Origin: Blastocladiella emersonii ATCC 22665
Lineage: Eukaryota > Fungi > Blastocladiomycota
Direction: 5' to 3'
Assembly: GCA_025594325.1 (NCBI GenBank)
Contig: JANHCV010000011.1
Coordinates: 496,001-560,000 of the forward strand
Length of the DNA stretch: 64,000 nucleotides
A program made the translations under genes and the position numbers. Positions 36,031 to 47,120 of the stretch are shown in pieces. Below the pieces are notes generated by a model. That model was given only the letters and a program-made list of their open reading frames with translations. It did not search any database and was not told the origin of the DNA. How positions within the stretch are numbered: the first letter of the stretch is position 1; the number at the start of each line of letters is the position of its first letter.

Positions 36031-39000
36031 CGGAGCAGGCCGCGACGTCCTCGAAACCGAAACCTGCTGATTCGGGTGGTGGTACGCAAGTGGTGGCTGC
36101 AGTGGCAGTCGTCGAGGAGGAGGAAGTCGGCGCGTTTGGAGCTGACGCTGTTGGTGTTGTGACAAAGACTAATGAAGATGCCCTCCTTTCGTACATTGGT
36201 GCTGTCGTGCGTCTAGAGTTGTCGCCAGGAGCTCATCTTCATCTTGGCGGCGCGCTGTCATGTCTGGGTTCTTTGAGTAAGGCGCCAGCGCTCTTATTCA
36301 TGATGCTTGACACAAGCGCCCCCGTCAACCTCATTAGCCGCTCCCTGGCCGAGCGGACCGGGCTCATGACGGAGCGTCTGGCGCGCTGGATCGACTTGCG
36401 TGGCGTGGTTGGGGCTGCAGCGGGGCAGCAGTACATCACGCACGCCGTGCGGGCGGTTGTGTTGGTGACGTCCCCCAAGTTCATGCATGTGGCGCTCGCG
36501 GGCACGACGGCCATGTTTGGCAATGGCGTCGTGCCGCCCAAGGGCGGGAAACCGGAGCTGTACGTTCCGCCGCACCGCCAAGACGGTGACGCCGACCAAG
36601 CGATTGATATCCAGTGTCTCCACTGCTCGGTCGCGCGGTTCCTGGTTGTCAACTCGCCTGCGTTTCCCGTGATCCTCGGCCTTGAGTGGCTTGTTGCAAA
36701 TGGAGCGGACCCGCGTCCGCGCGCGCGTGAGGTTGAGATTGACGGCGGCTGCGCAGGTTGCTGCGGCTGTCCGCCAGGCAAGCGCGTCACGGTGGCCGCG
36801 GCGTCGGCACGCGCCAACGTTGACCCGGACAAGTGGGACGAGGCCAACGGGTCGGACGACGGCGGCAACGCGCCGAAGGTCACGCTGCCACGCAAGTACG
36901 CTGAGTGGTCGCGCGTGTTTGACGCCAAGGCCGCGTCCGCGCTGCCGCCGCACCGGCCGTACGACTGCAAGAGTGAGCTCGTTGAGGGCGCCAAGGTGCC
37001 ATTCCTGCCCATCTACCCGCTGTCGCAGACCAAGCTCGACAAGCTGCGCAAGACCATTGACAAGAACCTCGCGCGTGGCTTCATCCGCCCGTCGCAATCG
37101 CCGGCCAGCGCCCCAATCATGTTCGTGCCCAAGAAGGATGGGTCGCGGCGCATGTGCGTCGACTACCGCCGCCTCAACAACCTGACGGTCAAGAACCGGT
37201 ACGCGCCGCTGCTCATCTCGGAGCTCATGAACCAGCTGCAGGGCGCGCGGTTCTTCACCAAGTTCGACCTGCGCGGCGCGTACAACCTGGTCCGGATCCG
37301 CAAGGGCAACAAGTGGAAGACGGCGTTCTGCACGCGCTACGGCCACTACAAGTGGCTGGTGATGCCGTTCGGTCTCGCGAACGCGCCCGCCGCGTTCCAG
37401 GCGTTTGTCAACGACGTGTTCCGCGACCTGCTTGACCGCGGCGTTGTGGTGTACCTGGACGACATTTTGATCTACGGCGGCGCGACGCAGGAGGAGCACA
37501 CGGCGCTCATCAAGGAGGTGCTGCAGCGGCTGCTCAACAACCACCTGTTTGTCAAGCTTGAGAAGTGCGCGTTCGATGTGCAGCGCGTTGAGTACCTCAG
37601 GCACGTGGTCAGTACGTTGGGCGTCGAGATGGATCTGGGGAAGGTGCGCGCCGTGACAGAGTGGCCCGTGCCACAGACGGTCAAGCAGGTGCAGTCGTTC
37701 CTTGGCCTCGCTAACTACTACCGCAACTTCATCCCCGACTTCTCGAAACTGGCGCTGCCGCTCACGCGGCTCACGCAGAAGGACATGGCGTGGCGGTGGG
37801 GCGAGTTGGATGCGGCGGCGTTCGAGGCCATCAAGTCGCAGTTCGCCACAGGCGGGGTGCTGGTGCACGCGGACCCCGACAAGCCGTTTGTGGTCGAGAT
37901 GGACGCGTCCAACTTCGCCATTGGATGCGTGCTGGCGCAGCGCGACAACGCAGGCGAGCTGCGGCCGGTCGCGTTCCACTCGCGCTCGCTCAAGGCGGCG
38001 GAGCTCAACTACCTGGTGCTCAATAAGGAGCTGCTTGCCGTCAAGGTCGCGTTCGAGGTGTGGCGGCACCACCTTGAGGGCGCGCGGCACCCGGTCCAGG
38101 TGTTCACTGACCACAAGAACCTCAAGCATTTCCGCACCATGAAAGTCGAGTCGCAGCGGCAAGCGCGGTGGGCGCTTTTCTTTGAGCGGTTCAAGTTCTG
38201 GTTCACGTACCAGCCCGGCGCCATCAACAGGCGCGCCAACGCGCTCTTGCGCCGCGCCGACTACGAGGCGCGCAACAACCCAATGCTCAGCCGCTCGATC
38301 GTCCCTGCCACGTCGCTCACGGTCGGCGCCACGCTGGGCACGTTGGCGGGCGACGGCAAGGGGGAGGAGGACGGCAACCTGACCCGCGCGGCGATTCTGG
38401 ACAGCATGCGCAACGACGAGTCCGCGCAGAAGGTGCGGCGCAACCAGGCCAAGTACCCGCAGCTCGAGGTCGACCTCGATGGGTTCATCTGGCGCGAGGC
38501 CAAGCTGTACGTGCCCGCGGGCGTCGCGCGCACGCACGTGCTTGAGGAGGCGCACTCGACGCGGGTCGCGGGGCATTTTGGCGTCGCGCGCACCATCAAC
38601 CTGGTCGAGCGGTCGTACTGGTGGCCCAGGATGCGCCGCGAGGTCGACCTGTTCGTCAAGTTGTGCCTCACCTGCGTGCGGCCCAAGGTGCTGCGTCATC
38701 AACCCGACAGCGAGCTGCAGCTGCTGCCCACGCTGGCGCGGCTGTGGTCGTTGGTCTCCATGGACTTCATCACGGACCTGCCGCGCAGCAAGGGCATGAC
38801 GTGCATCATGGTCGTGGTCGACTGGTTCTCCAAGATGACGCACTTCATCCCGCTCGCCGCGATCCCGACGGCCGCCACGACCGCTGAGGCCTTCATCCAG
38901 CACGTTGTGCGGCTGCACGGGCTCCCCACCGACATCGTTTCGGACCGCGGGTCGCAGTTCACGTTGCAGTTCTGGTCGGCCATGTGCGAGTCGCTTGAGA

Positions 39001-39848
39001 TCAAGGCCAAGCTCTCGACGGCGTACCACCTGCAGACCAATGGGCAGACCGAGCGCATGAACCAGACCCTCGAGGTGTACCTGCGCATGTTCGTCAACGA
39101 GGACCAGACGAACTGGGTCGAGCTGCTGCCGTACGCCGAGATGGCCATCAACAACGCGCGCAACAAGTCAACGGGCGAGACGCCGTTCAAGGTCAACTAC
39201 GGCTTTGACCCGCGGCTGGCGGCGGCGACGGACCGGTCAGATTGGGTCCCATCGGCCGCGGCGCTGGCCGAGCGCATCGCCGACATCCAGGGCCAGCTGC
39301 TCGAGAAGGTCCAGCGCGCCAAGCAGCTGTACAAGAAGCATGCCGACCGACGCTGCCGCGAGGGCCCCGACTACAAGGTTGGCGACATGGTGCTGCTGAG
39401 CACCAAGAACCTGCGCGTCAACGTGCCCAAGGCCAAGCTCGGGCAGAAGTACATGGAGCCGCTCAAGATCGTGCGCCTCATCCGCAAGTCAGCCGTCGAG
39501 CTCGAGCTGCCGCCAACCATGGCGCACGTCCACCCGGTGTTCCACGTCTCGCTCATCAAGCCAGTGGTCGCGCACAACGAGGACACGTTCCCGGGCCGCA
39601 CGCTGCCGCCGCCGGCGCCGTACGTTGTCAACGGGCGCGAGGAGTGGTTGGTCAAGGCGATTGTCGACGCGCGCAGGTCAGCTTCGGGTCGCAGCGTCGA
39701 GTACCTGGTCAAGTGGCACAGCTGCCCCGAGACCGACAACACGTGGGAGCCGTACGCGAACCTCAAGCACCTCGAGATGCTCGCCGAGTTCCACGTCGCG
39801 CACCCATTGGCCCCCGACCCTTGCCGCAGGAGGGGAGGGGGGGGATAG
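35925..39848 (+). CDS. pol: Pol: protease, RT, RNase H, integrase, chromodomain (probably entered by -1 frameshift near 36009)
   Basis: LDTSA (protease), YLDDILI (RT), DAS/KELLA/TDH (RNase H), HHCC + SMDF/SDRG/TER (integrase) and EYLVKW...NTWEP (chromodomain). Confidence 0.96.
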   Translation: MAAATPGGVLDVQRAGAHCAPLPKEAGVGKWRSGVAEQAATSSKPKPADSGGGTQVVAAVAVVEEEEVGAFGADAVGVVTKTNEDALLSYIGAVVRLELSPGAHLHLGGALSCLGSLSKAPALLFMMLDTSAPVNLISRSLAERTGLMTERLARWIDLRGVVGAAAGQQYITHAVRAVVLVTSPKFMHVALAGTTAMFGNGVVPPKGGKPELYVPPHRQDGDADQAIDIQCLHCSVARFLVVNSPAFPVILGLEWLVANGADPRPRAREVEIDGGCAGCCGCPPGKRVTVAAASARANVDPDKWDEANGSDDGGNAPKVTLPRKYAEWSRVFDAKAASALPPHRPYDCKSELVEGAKVPFLPIYPLSQTKLDKLRKTIDKNLARGFIRPSQSPASAPIMFVPKKDGSRRMCVDYRRLNNLTVKNRYAPLLISELMNQLQGARFFTKFDLRGAYNLVRIRKGNKWKTAFCTRYGHYKWLVMPFGLANAPAAFQAFVNDVFRDLLDRGVVVYLDDILIYGGATQEEHTALIKEVLQRLLNNHLFVKLEKCAFDVQRVEYLRHVVSTLGVEMDLGKVRAVTEWPVPQTVKQVQSFLGLANYYRNFIPDFSKLALPLTRLTQKDMAWRWGELDAAAFEAIKSQFATGGVLVHADPDKPFVVEMDASNFAIGCVLAQRDNAGELRPVAFHSRSLKAAELNYLVLNKELLAVKVAFEVWRHHLEGARHPVQVFTDHKNLKHFRTMKVESQRQARWALFFERFKFWFTYQPGAINRRANALLRRADYEARNNPMLSRSIVPATSLTVGATLGTLAGDGKGEEDGNLTRAAILDSMRNDESAQKVRRNQAKYPQLEVDLDGFIWREAKLYVPAGVARTHVLEEAHSTRVAGHFGVARTINLVERSYWWPRMRREVDLFVKLCLTCVRPKVLRHQPDSELQLLPTLARLWSLVSMDFITDLPRSKGMTCIMVVVDWFSKMTHFIPLAAIPTAATTAEAFIQHVVRLHGLPTDIVSDRGSQFTLQFWSAMCESLEIKAKLSTAYHLQTNGQTERMNQTLEVYLRMFVNEDQTNWVELLPYAEMAINNARNKSTGETPFKVNYGFDPRLAAATDRSDWVPSAAALAERIADIQGQLLEKVQRAKQLYKKHADRRCREGPDYKVGDMVLLSTKNLRVNVPKAKLGQKYMEPLKIVRLIRKSAVELELPPTMAHVHPVFHVSLIKPVVAHNEDTFPGRTLPPPAPYVVNGREEWLVKAIVDARRSASGRSVEYLVKWHSCPETDNTWEPYANLKHLEMLAEFHVAHPLAPDPCRRRGGGG
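36009..36015 (+). promoter_or_regulatory. Candidate -1 ribosomal frameshift heptamer G GGA AAT
   Basis: An XXXYYYZ heptamer correctly phased in gag within the gag/pol overlap. It is followed by a GCGGTC...GGCCGC stem. Confidence 0.65.
39828..39845 (+). promoter_or_regulatory. Polypurine tract
   Basis: AGGAGGGGAGGGGGGGGA-type purine run ending 3 nt before the 3' LTR. Confidence 0.85.
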
Positions 39849-40000
39849 TGTCACGTGCGCGTTTGGCACGTGCGCCGTGACATCTCGGATTGTTGAGCCG
39901 CCGCTCGCTCGCACTCTGTTCTCGCTCCCTGCTGTTCAACCACATACATCCTCGTTCGCTAGTCACCGTGTATTCGGCCCTCCCCAGGCGCTCTGTTACA
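39849..40000 (+). repeat. 3' LTR
   Basis: TGTCACG...GTTACA. Confidence 0.95.
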
Positions 40001-40200
40001 CGCGTACATCAGCATGCTATCCAAGATGACCGGTATGAGATTGAGGACGTGCGCGCCATCCAGCCGACCAAGCTGCTGCGTCTTAACCAGACGCACCTGT
40101 ACCACCACCTCGCGAGCTGCACGAAATGCCGCAGCAAGGACAAGGAAAGCGGCAAAAAAAGTGTGCCGCTAAGGCTTCCCAAGCGACTCTGTCCTCTTCT
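40001..40200 (+). pseudogene. Helitron Rep relic, 3' continuation after the LTR insertion
   Basis: HLYHHLASCTKC, then after an A7 frameshift C-R-*-G-F-P (tgc cgc taa ggc ttc cca), matching the Helitron HxHxxxCxK...CR(F/Y)GFP motif. Confidence 0.65.
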
Positions 40201-40953
40201 CGTACATGCGGGTTCTGATAATGGGTACGATTTTTGAATGCTCTTCGGCTATGAACAGCAGCAACGAATGTCGACGTGTAGCTCACCAACCGCGTCCGCC
40301 AACGCCATGGACCTTGACGGCGACGCGACCGCGGCCTCGGTCAGCGAAGCACATGACGCACGTCCGTCCACGTCGTTGACCTCGCCGCCGGGCACCTTCA
40401 TGTCGCAGCGCACAATGAGTTGAGCAAGGTCGCTTTCGTCAACGGCATCACCGTCGCGAAGAGCCACCCGCGAGTCTCGAGGCTGTTTTGCCCAGCGGTG
40501 CAAGCGAAGGGAAGGTCGCGAGCACAAGAGATGCCGAGGATGAGGCGCAAGGGAAAGATCGGTTCAAGCGGTATCGTGAGTGTATGTGCGCCGCGGAGAT
40601 GCTCGAGCATCAGAGGAGCAAGAAACATGATGATCATGATGATGATGATGAGGCGCGACTTCAAACGTTTCGCGCGACTTTCAGCAGGCTAGGTCTCCCA
40701 CGCGACCCGTCGCGAGCCCTCGATTAAAGACCAGACGCGAAGCGTCTAGGTGGTTCAAGTAAAATGAAAGCTGAGAGCCGAAGTATGAGTGCCGAGGAAG
40801 CGGACAGCGGGCGCAGCAACAGGGGTGCTGGCAGCAAAGAGCCGCGACGCGCGCAGTGCGGGTCGCGTGACTGGTCGCGTGACCCAGTCGCGTCGCCTTT
40901 CAGCCGCCTGCTGCGCCGCCTGCCGCATTCCACGCTCACACGATGCTAACGCC

Positions 40954-43900
40954 ATGAATAGAGCAGCACTGCACAGGACACTCCCTGCAGTTATCTACAA
41001 CGACCATGACCACCAGGACTATTGGGTAGACCGAGTTCAGCGGGTCAGTCTGTTTTCTTTGCCCCTGCTGCTTAGGCGCCAAGCCAACCGCCCTGCCCCA
41101 ACTGCGCGCACACGCTTTGTAGACGGGCCTCTTCCCGCTCATCAACCGTGGCCTTCTTCCGCGCTATGCCGACTTTACGCCTGCGCTTGGCGCTGTGGCG
41201 CCGAAACCTGCACGGCGGTCCCCATCTCCATCCTCATCTCCGCTTGCAGACGCGCTTTCCGGCGCTGCTCCGACCGCGCGCGAAAGGAATGCCCTTCGCG
41301 CCGCTTCCGCTACTGAGTCGCTCCCGCCGCATAACCCAAAGCCGCTAGCACGCCGCGGGAGAGCTGGCGCACTTTCAGCCAAGACGCCGCACGCGTCCAT
41401 TGACAACCTCGCAACGGGCATCCAGCGGTCCGGCTCGGAGTATCTCGCGGACCTTGCAGCTGAGCCTGGCGCAGCATCGAGGTACGATCAATCGGTTCTC
41501 CTCCCGTTCCGCCGCCTCCGCCGTGGCATTGCGCACTCACATCGCCTCGGCCACGCTCACCGCGCGCATCTCGTACCGTGCGCGTGACTCGTAGTGCACA
41601 GATCCACATTTCCTCGGGGAACATTGTCGAAAACCACGCGCTCGTCGGGTTTCTGTCCGCACATCCTCACCACATTGTGGTCAACGCTGTCATGTGGATC
41701 CAGTTTCTCGAAGGAGTCGCTCTACACTATGCCCGTACGTTGCTGCTTTTATCGTCGCGCCTTTCCTCACGCAAGGCTCACGCGCTGCGCCTCGCGTTTG
41801 GTTCTCTCCCGATTCCATTGACAAAATCGGTGTTCGCTCATCGGTTCAACCGCACTTGTTCGCCCGCACATACCTGCACGTGTAGTCGATCTGATCGTGC
41901 TTCACGCCCCGCGCTTCGCCGACCTGTGCGCGCAGCACGTCCAACAGCACCTCCGCCTCCAGCTCGACCACGCGCGGCCCGCGATCCTCAACTGGGACCA
42001 CGTCCGCGCGCTGCACGCCGAGCCCGGCCGTCGCTACAAGGGCCTCGATGGACACTGGGCCGCCATCGTCAAGATCCAGGCCACGTGGCGCATGGCTCGC
42101 CAGCGCAAAGTCTACTCGGAGATTTGCGTGTCCAAGACAGCCGCCCGCATCATCCTCGGGTTCCGCCGCAAGTGTTTGACGCGGGCCCGCTTCTACGAGC
42201 AGGTCATGGTACGGCACTCGACTTGCCCGAATCCATGCAGCCTGCACGCACGCACCTTCCACTGACCGCACGCAACGGCCGCCCGAACCGTGTAGCGCGC
42301 CCTCGAGATGCACATCAAGACGTGCGCGACGCTGCGCGCGCAGCTGCTCACCAACTGGGCCACCCACCTCAAGGCGCAGTGGAACGTGGTCATCCACGTC
42401 CCGTCGGCGTCGCACGCCGAGCGCGTGCGCTTCCTGATGCGCGACCTGCGCCCGCTGCAGCGCCACCACGCCGGCTGCCTCGCGTCCGCGCTCGCCGACA
42501 AGACGCGCGTCATCTACGTGTCGCCGGCCGAGCACGACCCCATGGTCGCCGTGGCCCTGCGCTACCTTGCGCGCTCGACGCGCTTCCCGAAGGCCGCGCA
42601 GCGCACCACGGTCGTGTTCCCCGAGTGCGTCCCGCACGCGCCCAAGACGTCGCCGCTGTCCGTCGGCCTGTTCGCGTCGATTGCCACGCTCAACAAGATC
42701 CGCGCCCTCGTCGCCGAGGCCGGGTCGAACGCGAGCGCCGTCCTCGTCCCGTACGTCGCGGGCACTTACGACGTGCGCGTCGCCTCGGCCCTGCGCGTGC
42801 CGATGCTCGCCCTGCCGCTCGACCGCCAGATCCACCACTCGACGCGACCCGGTTTCTTTGAGCTCTTGGCCGCCGTCGACGCCTCCGTTTCGGCTGCGGC
42901 CGCGGCTCCGGCCGCCGCAAACGGTGCGAATGTGGTGGTTTCCAGTGGTGACGGACTCAGCGGCGGCGTGATCCAAGGACCGCGCGGCCGCGCCATCTCG
43001 ACGCGCTGGCCGGGCGCCATGCCGCACGTCACGGACGTGTTCGACGAGGCCGCGGCGTGGCGCACGCTCGCCGAGCTGCTCCTCGCGCACCCCAAGGTGC
43101 TCGTGTGGATGTTCAAGATCCGCGACGAGGCCGGCCGCCGCGGCGTCGCGCTGTTCCACCGCCGCCGCCTCACCTTCACGGTCGCCAAGTTTGACGCCGA
43201 CGACGTGGTCCAGAAGATCAAGGCCATCCCCGAGGCCTTCACCTTCATGCCGCCCGCCACCCTGACCTCGGCGCTCGGCAACCTCGCGCAGCTATGCACG
43301 CTGCCGCTCGAGGTCGCGCCCAAGTCGCCGCTCCGACGGCGGCTGCCATCGATTGCTCCAACCGCATCCGCGACCGACGGGCCGGCAGCACTCGCGTCAT
43401 CTCTCGACTCTTCGAGCAGAACCCCTGCTGCCGCGAATGCTGCCCCCGCAGCTTTGCCGCTGCCCGCCGCTTCCCCGCCAGCACCAGCACCAGCACCAGC
43501 ACCAGGCCAGGACCTCCCCGCGCCCGTGTACCCGACCGTCCCCGCGTTCCTGTCGTCGTTCTGCAAGACGGGCGGCACCATCGAGGCCATGGTCGACGGC
43601 GGCTCGGGCCCCGTCGCGGCCCACGCGCGCGTGTTCCTCGGGTGCCACGCCGAGCTGCACCCGACGGGCGAGGTGCGCGTGTTCGGGACGTGGGAGCACA
43701 CGCCGCTGTACGACTTTGACTACACGCTCATGGTCATGCCGGCGCGGCAGGTCCCGCCCGCGACCATTGTCCAGTTCGTGATGCGCATCATGCCCGCGTG
43801 TCTGGAGCGCGGGCTGGTCGGCCACCTGTCGTTTGAGTTTATCACGCACACGGACGCGGTACGATTTGATTGGTGGTCGCTGGGTTGTCTTACTGACCCA

Positions 43901-45749
43901 TCGCGCACTATGTAGCCCGTGCTCGAGCTCCACTGCATTGACGTCAAGCCGTTCTGGTCCGAGGCCGCTGCCATGGCCGGGCTCGCGCGGATCGTCATGG
44001 ACGCGCGGTACGACTACCCGCGGCTCTCGGCCGTGACCGGGCACCCGCTCGCGGTGCAGCCCGAGGCGCCACCCTACACGGGCCCGTCGTCGCTCGGTCC
44101 CGGCGAGTACATTACCGACATGGCGCACCTGCGGCCGTCCAACCTGCGCATGGCCGCGCAGGCCAAGTGGCTCGACTATGTACGTTGAACGTGGGTGGTC
44201 TTGCGCGCTTCACGACTCACCGCCGCCCGTGATTCACGTTCAGAGCAAGCTGCAGAGCGCCGCCGACGCGGTCGTGCGCGACCGCCGCTGGAACACGGGC
44301 GAGGAGGTCCGGTGCGCGGCCATGCTGGTCGGCGTCGTCCATCCGTCGTTTGTCGAGCTCACGAGCTCGTCGCTCAACGCCATGCTCGCGGGCTGCGGCG
44401 CCGAGATGAACGACACGGTACGCATTCTTCGTGTTTGGTCTTCTCACTCGGAGCGCTTCACTCACAAACGACTCGACCCGATTCAGATGCGCCAGGGCGT
44501 ACTATTCCTCGAGAATCCCGGCAAGACGGCGCTGTACGTCATGCGCTCGCCCTACGCCATCACACGTCCCACTCATTCGTCAACGTGTAGCGCCGTCGAG
44601 CGGACGTGCACCGAGGCGATCCAGCGCATCAAGGAGGCCCTGACGATCCTCGCGGTGCGCATGCAGGGCGTGCCCGTGTCCGACGCCAACTGCAACCTGG
44701 CCGCGCTCGCCGACCTGCTCAACCGGACGCAGGCCACGTACCGCGACATTGAGGCCGCCGCGTCGCCGTGGCTCAGCGCCGATTTCGCGGCGCTCGAGGC
44801 CGAGCACGCCGCGCGGTTCCGCGCCGTGACCGCGTCGCCTGCAACGAGCGCCAACCCCAAGTACCCGCTCGCGCCCACGGACCCGTACCTGCTCGCGTTC
44901 ACCAAGCGCGTGCCCGTGCGCGCCGCCGTGTACGACGCGCTGTTCCCGCCCGCACCCTCCACCGCGGACGGGGGCGAGGGCGGCGATTCTGCCGACCAGC
45001 AGCCGACGGCCAACGCGGCGGCCATGTACGCGGCGGCGCTGCTGGCGCAGGAAATGTACGCGCTCGAGAGCAAGCTCGACGAGTTTGACCGGATCCGCAA
45101 CGGCATGAAGGCCGTGAACGCGCGGCTGCGCGGCGAGATTGACGACGCCGCGGCGAAGCGCAAGGAGCGCCGCAAGGAGCGCCGCCGCGACATCAAGCGG
45201 AGTCTTCGCGCCGACCGTCGCGCGGCCCTGCTGCTCGCGGCGGGCGGGTCACTCGGCGACGAGGAGGAGGGGGACGACGGCGAGGACCATGATGGCGGTG
45301 GTGACGATGAGGACGGTATCGTTCACGGCGGCGAGGATGGTGGGGACGCGAGCTCGGCGGACGGGTCGAGCAGCACGCTGTCGCGGTCCACTGCGGGCAA
45401 GCGGCACGGTGCCGCCACTGCCAAGGGCGACCTCGCGTCGTCGAGCGGCAGCGGCAGCAGCGACGGAAAGCAGCCCGGCGGCGCGCACCACCGCAAGAAC
45501 CACCGCAACCGGCACCGCAGTATCCTCGGGATCGAGGACGACGACGGCGCGGACGAAGAGGACGACGACGACGACGTGGACTCGGAGGACGAGGAGAACA
45601 TGGTCAAGTCGCTCGAGGCCAACTTCACGATCCCGTCGCTGGCGGCTGCGGGGACGGGCAAGTCCAAGCGCCTCGGCGGGAAGCTCGCGCACAACCCGGC
45701 GCTCAAGATCATCCGCGGCATGTTCCAGAACATTCACGATCGGGCGTAG
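40954..45749 (+). CDS. IQCH: IQ domain-containing protein H-like (IQCH), multi-exon; start uncertain
   Basis: GLFPLINRGLLPRYADFTPA, the IQ motif IVKIQATWRMARQR, VVIHVPS, VIYVSP and TTVVFPE...PLSVGLFAS. Several GT-AG introns and an acidic C-terminal tail. Confidence 0.72.
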
Positions 45750-45821
45750 CGGTATCGGCGCGCGTGTGCAAGGTGGTTCGTGCTGATGTCGGATACTGTA
45801 CATGGTTGTTCTACAAATGAT

Positions 45822-46899
45822 TCATGTGCGAGGGAACCCGAGCTCGGCGAGGACAGGGAGCACGCCGCCCGATGCGCGCAGCGCGGTGACGCGGGCCTCG
45901 GTCGACACGAGGACGCTGCCCGAGTAGCCCACGGCGTTGACGCCCATGTTGGTGTCGAGGGTGCGCTCGCGGCGGCGCGGGATCACGGACAGCCAGCGCC
46001 GCGTGATGAGCACGTTGTGCGGGAAGTGGGCGCGGCCGAGGGCGGCAGAGAGGGCGGCGAGCTGGGCCGCGTACACGGCGTGCAGCGCGGCGCCCGTCGG
46101 CGGGAACACCTCAAAGTGCGTCACGCGGTGGGCGTACGGCAGGTCCGGAATCTCGCTCGCGCCTACGGGGGTGCTTCGTTAGAATTCGTTGCGAACGTCT
46201 GGGTGAGCGGTACCGTACCCGGATGGCGCGGGATGACCTTGTCGATGGGCGCCGGTGTGGTCTGCGCGAACACTTGGATGTGACGATGCGGTTGGCTGGT
46301 CGGGAGGTTAGTGGTGCATCGCTGAAAGGCTCGGAGGCAACGCACCTCGAGCCGCTGTCCTGGCCGCAGTTGTAAAAGGCGAGCGGGTCCGAGTCCCCAA
46401 ACGCGTCCATGACGGGGATCAGCGCGTCCATGTCGGCAACGTCAATGGGCTGGTCCTGCGGGAGAAACTCTGGTACGGGCGGAGTGCGTCAGCGCGTGTG
46501 GGCGAGCGGGGGAAGCACCGCGCCAGTCCGTCCCGTACCCTTAGTCACGACGAGGACGTGTTCCGAGATGACGGGAAACTTGTTGAGTAGCAGCACGTGC
46601 GACGGCGAGAGATCGGCGACGAACATGGCGGGCTCGTAAGGCAGGAACGGGTTGACCTTCGGCGGCTTGGCGGCAGCAGCAAGGGGCAGCAGGCCGTCCT
46701 TGGCCGAGGCGGACTGGTCCGGGTTGGTCTTCTTCTTGGCGAGCGAGGGCGCAACGAGCACGTTCAGGTCGACGCCGAGCGTCGGGTCGGCGATCGTGTG
46801 GACCGTCGTCGGCGCGAACACCACGGCGCCCGACGCCAGCCCGCGCTCGTACGCCGCGGTGATTCGCTGGCGCACCTGAGTGCTCGTTCCCGTGTTCAT
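45822..46899 (-). CDS. APA2: ATP adenylyltransferase / Ap4A phosphorylase (Apa1/Apa2 family), 3 introns
   Basis: NPFLPYE, LLNKFPVI..HVLVVT, AFYNCG..SGASQPHRHIQ (HIT-like) and HNVLITRRWLSVIPR...VNAVGYSG. Confidence 0.9.
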
Positions 46900-47120
46900 G
46901 ATGCGTTGCATAGGGTCTTGTCTAGCTTACATGCGACCAAAGGAAAGGGAGGGTTCGATGGCGGCGGCGGAGGGGAACGGTTGAATCGGCCAGCCCGTGA
47001 TGTCTCGCAGCGCCTGGCGAGACGCGTCTCGCGCCTTGATCAAGACCGGCTGCTCAATCCTTCCCTCGCACAAATGAAAGGAACATAGAGCTAGATAGAC
47101 GTAACTAGATACCCTAGAAG

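Larger units (their letters stand above)
34618..40000 (+). mobile_element. Full-length Ty3/Gypsy chromovirus LTR retrotransposon (5383 bp)
   Basis: 152-bp TG...CA LTRs with 7 differences, a 5-bp TSD with one mismatch (CGAGT/CGCGT), gag and pol, and a PPT. Confidence 0.97.

Noticed and set aside
36294-39029. 911-aa minus-strand ORF, and other long antisense ORFs such as 54406-56460, 54344-56446, 60988-62079, 41846-43159 and 56533-58032
   Set aside because: These are shadows of GC-rich sense genes with strong codon bias. They are Arg/Ala/Gly-rich and have no motifs.
40733-40749. Hairpin AGACGC-GAA-GCGTCT plus CTAG as the 3' end of the 33-40 kb Helitron
   Set aside because: It is followed by G rather than T, the stem is only 6 bp, and no helicase sequence lies in between. 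Too weak to call.
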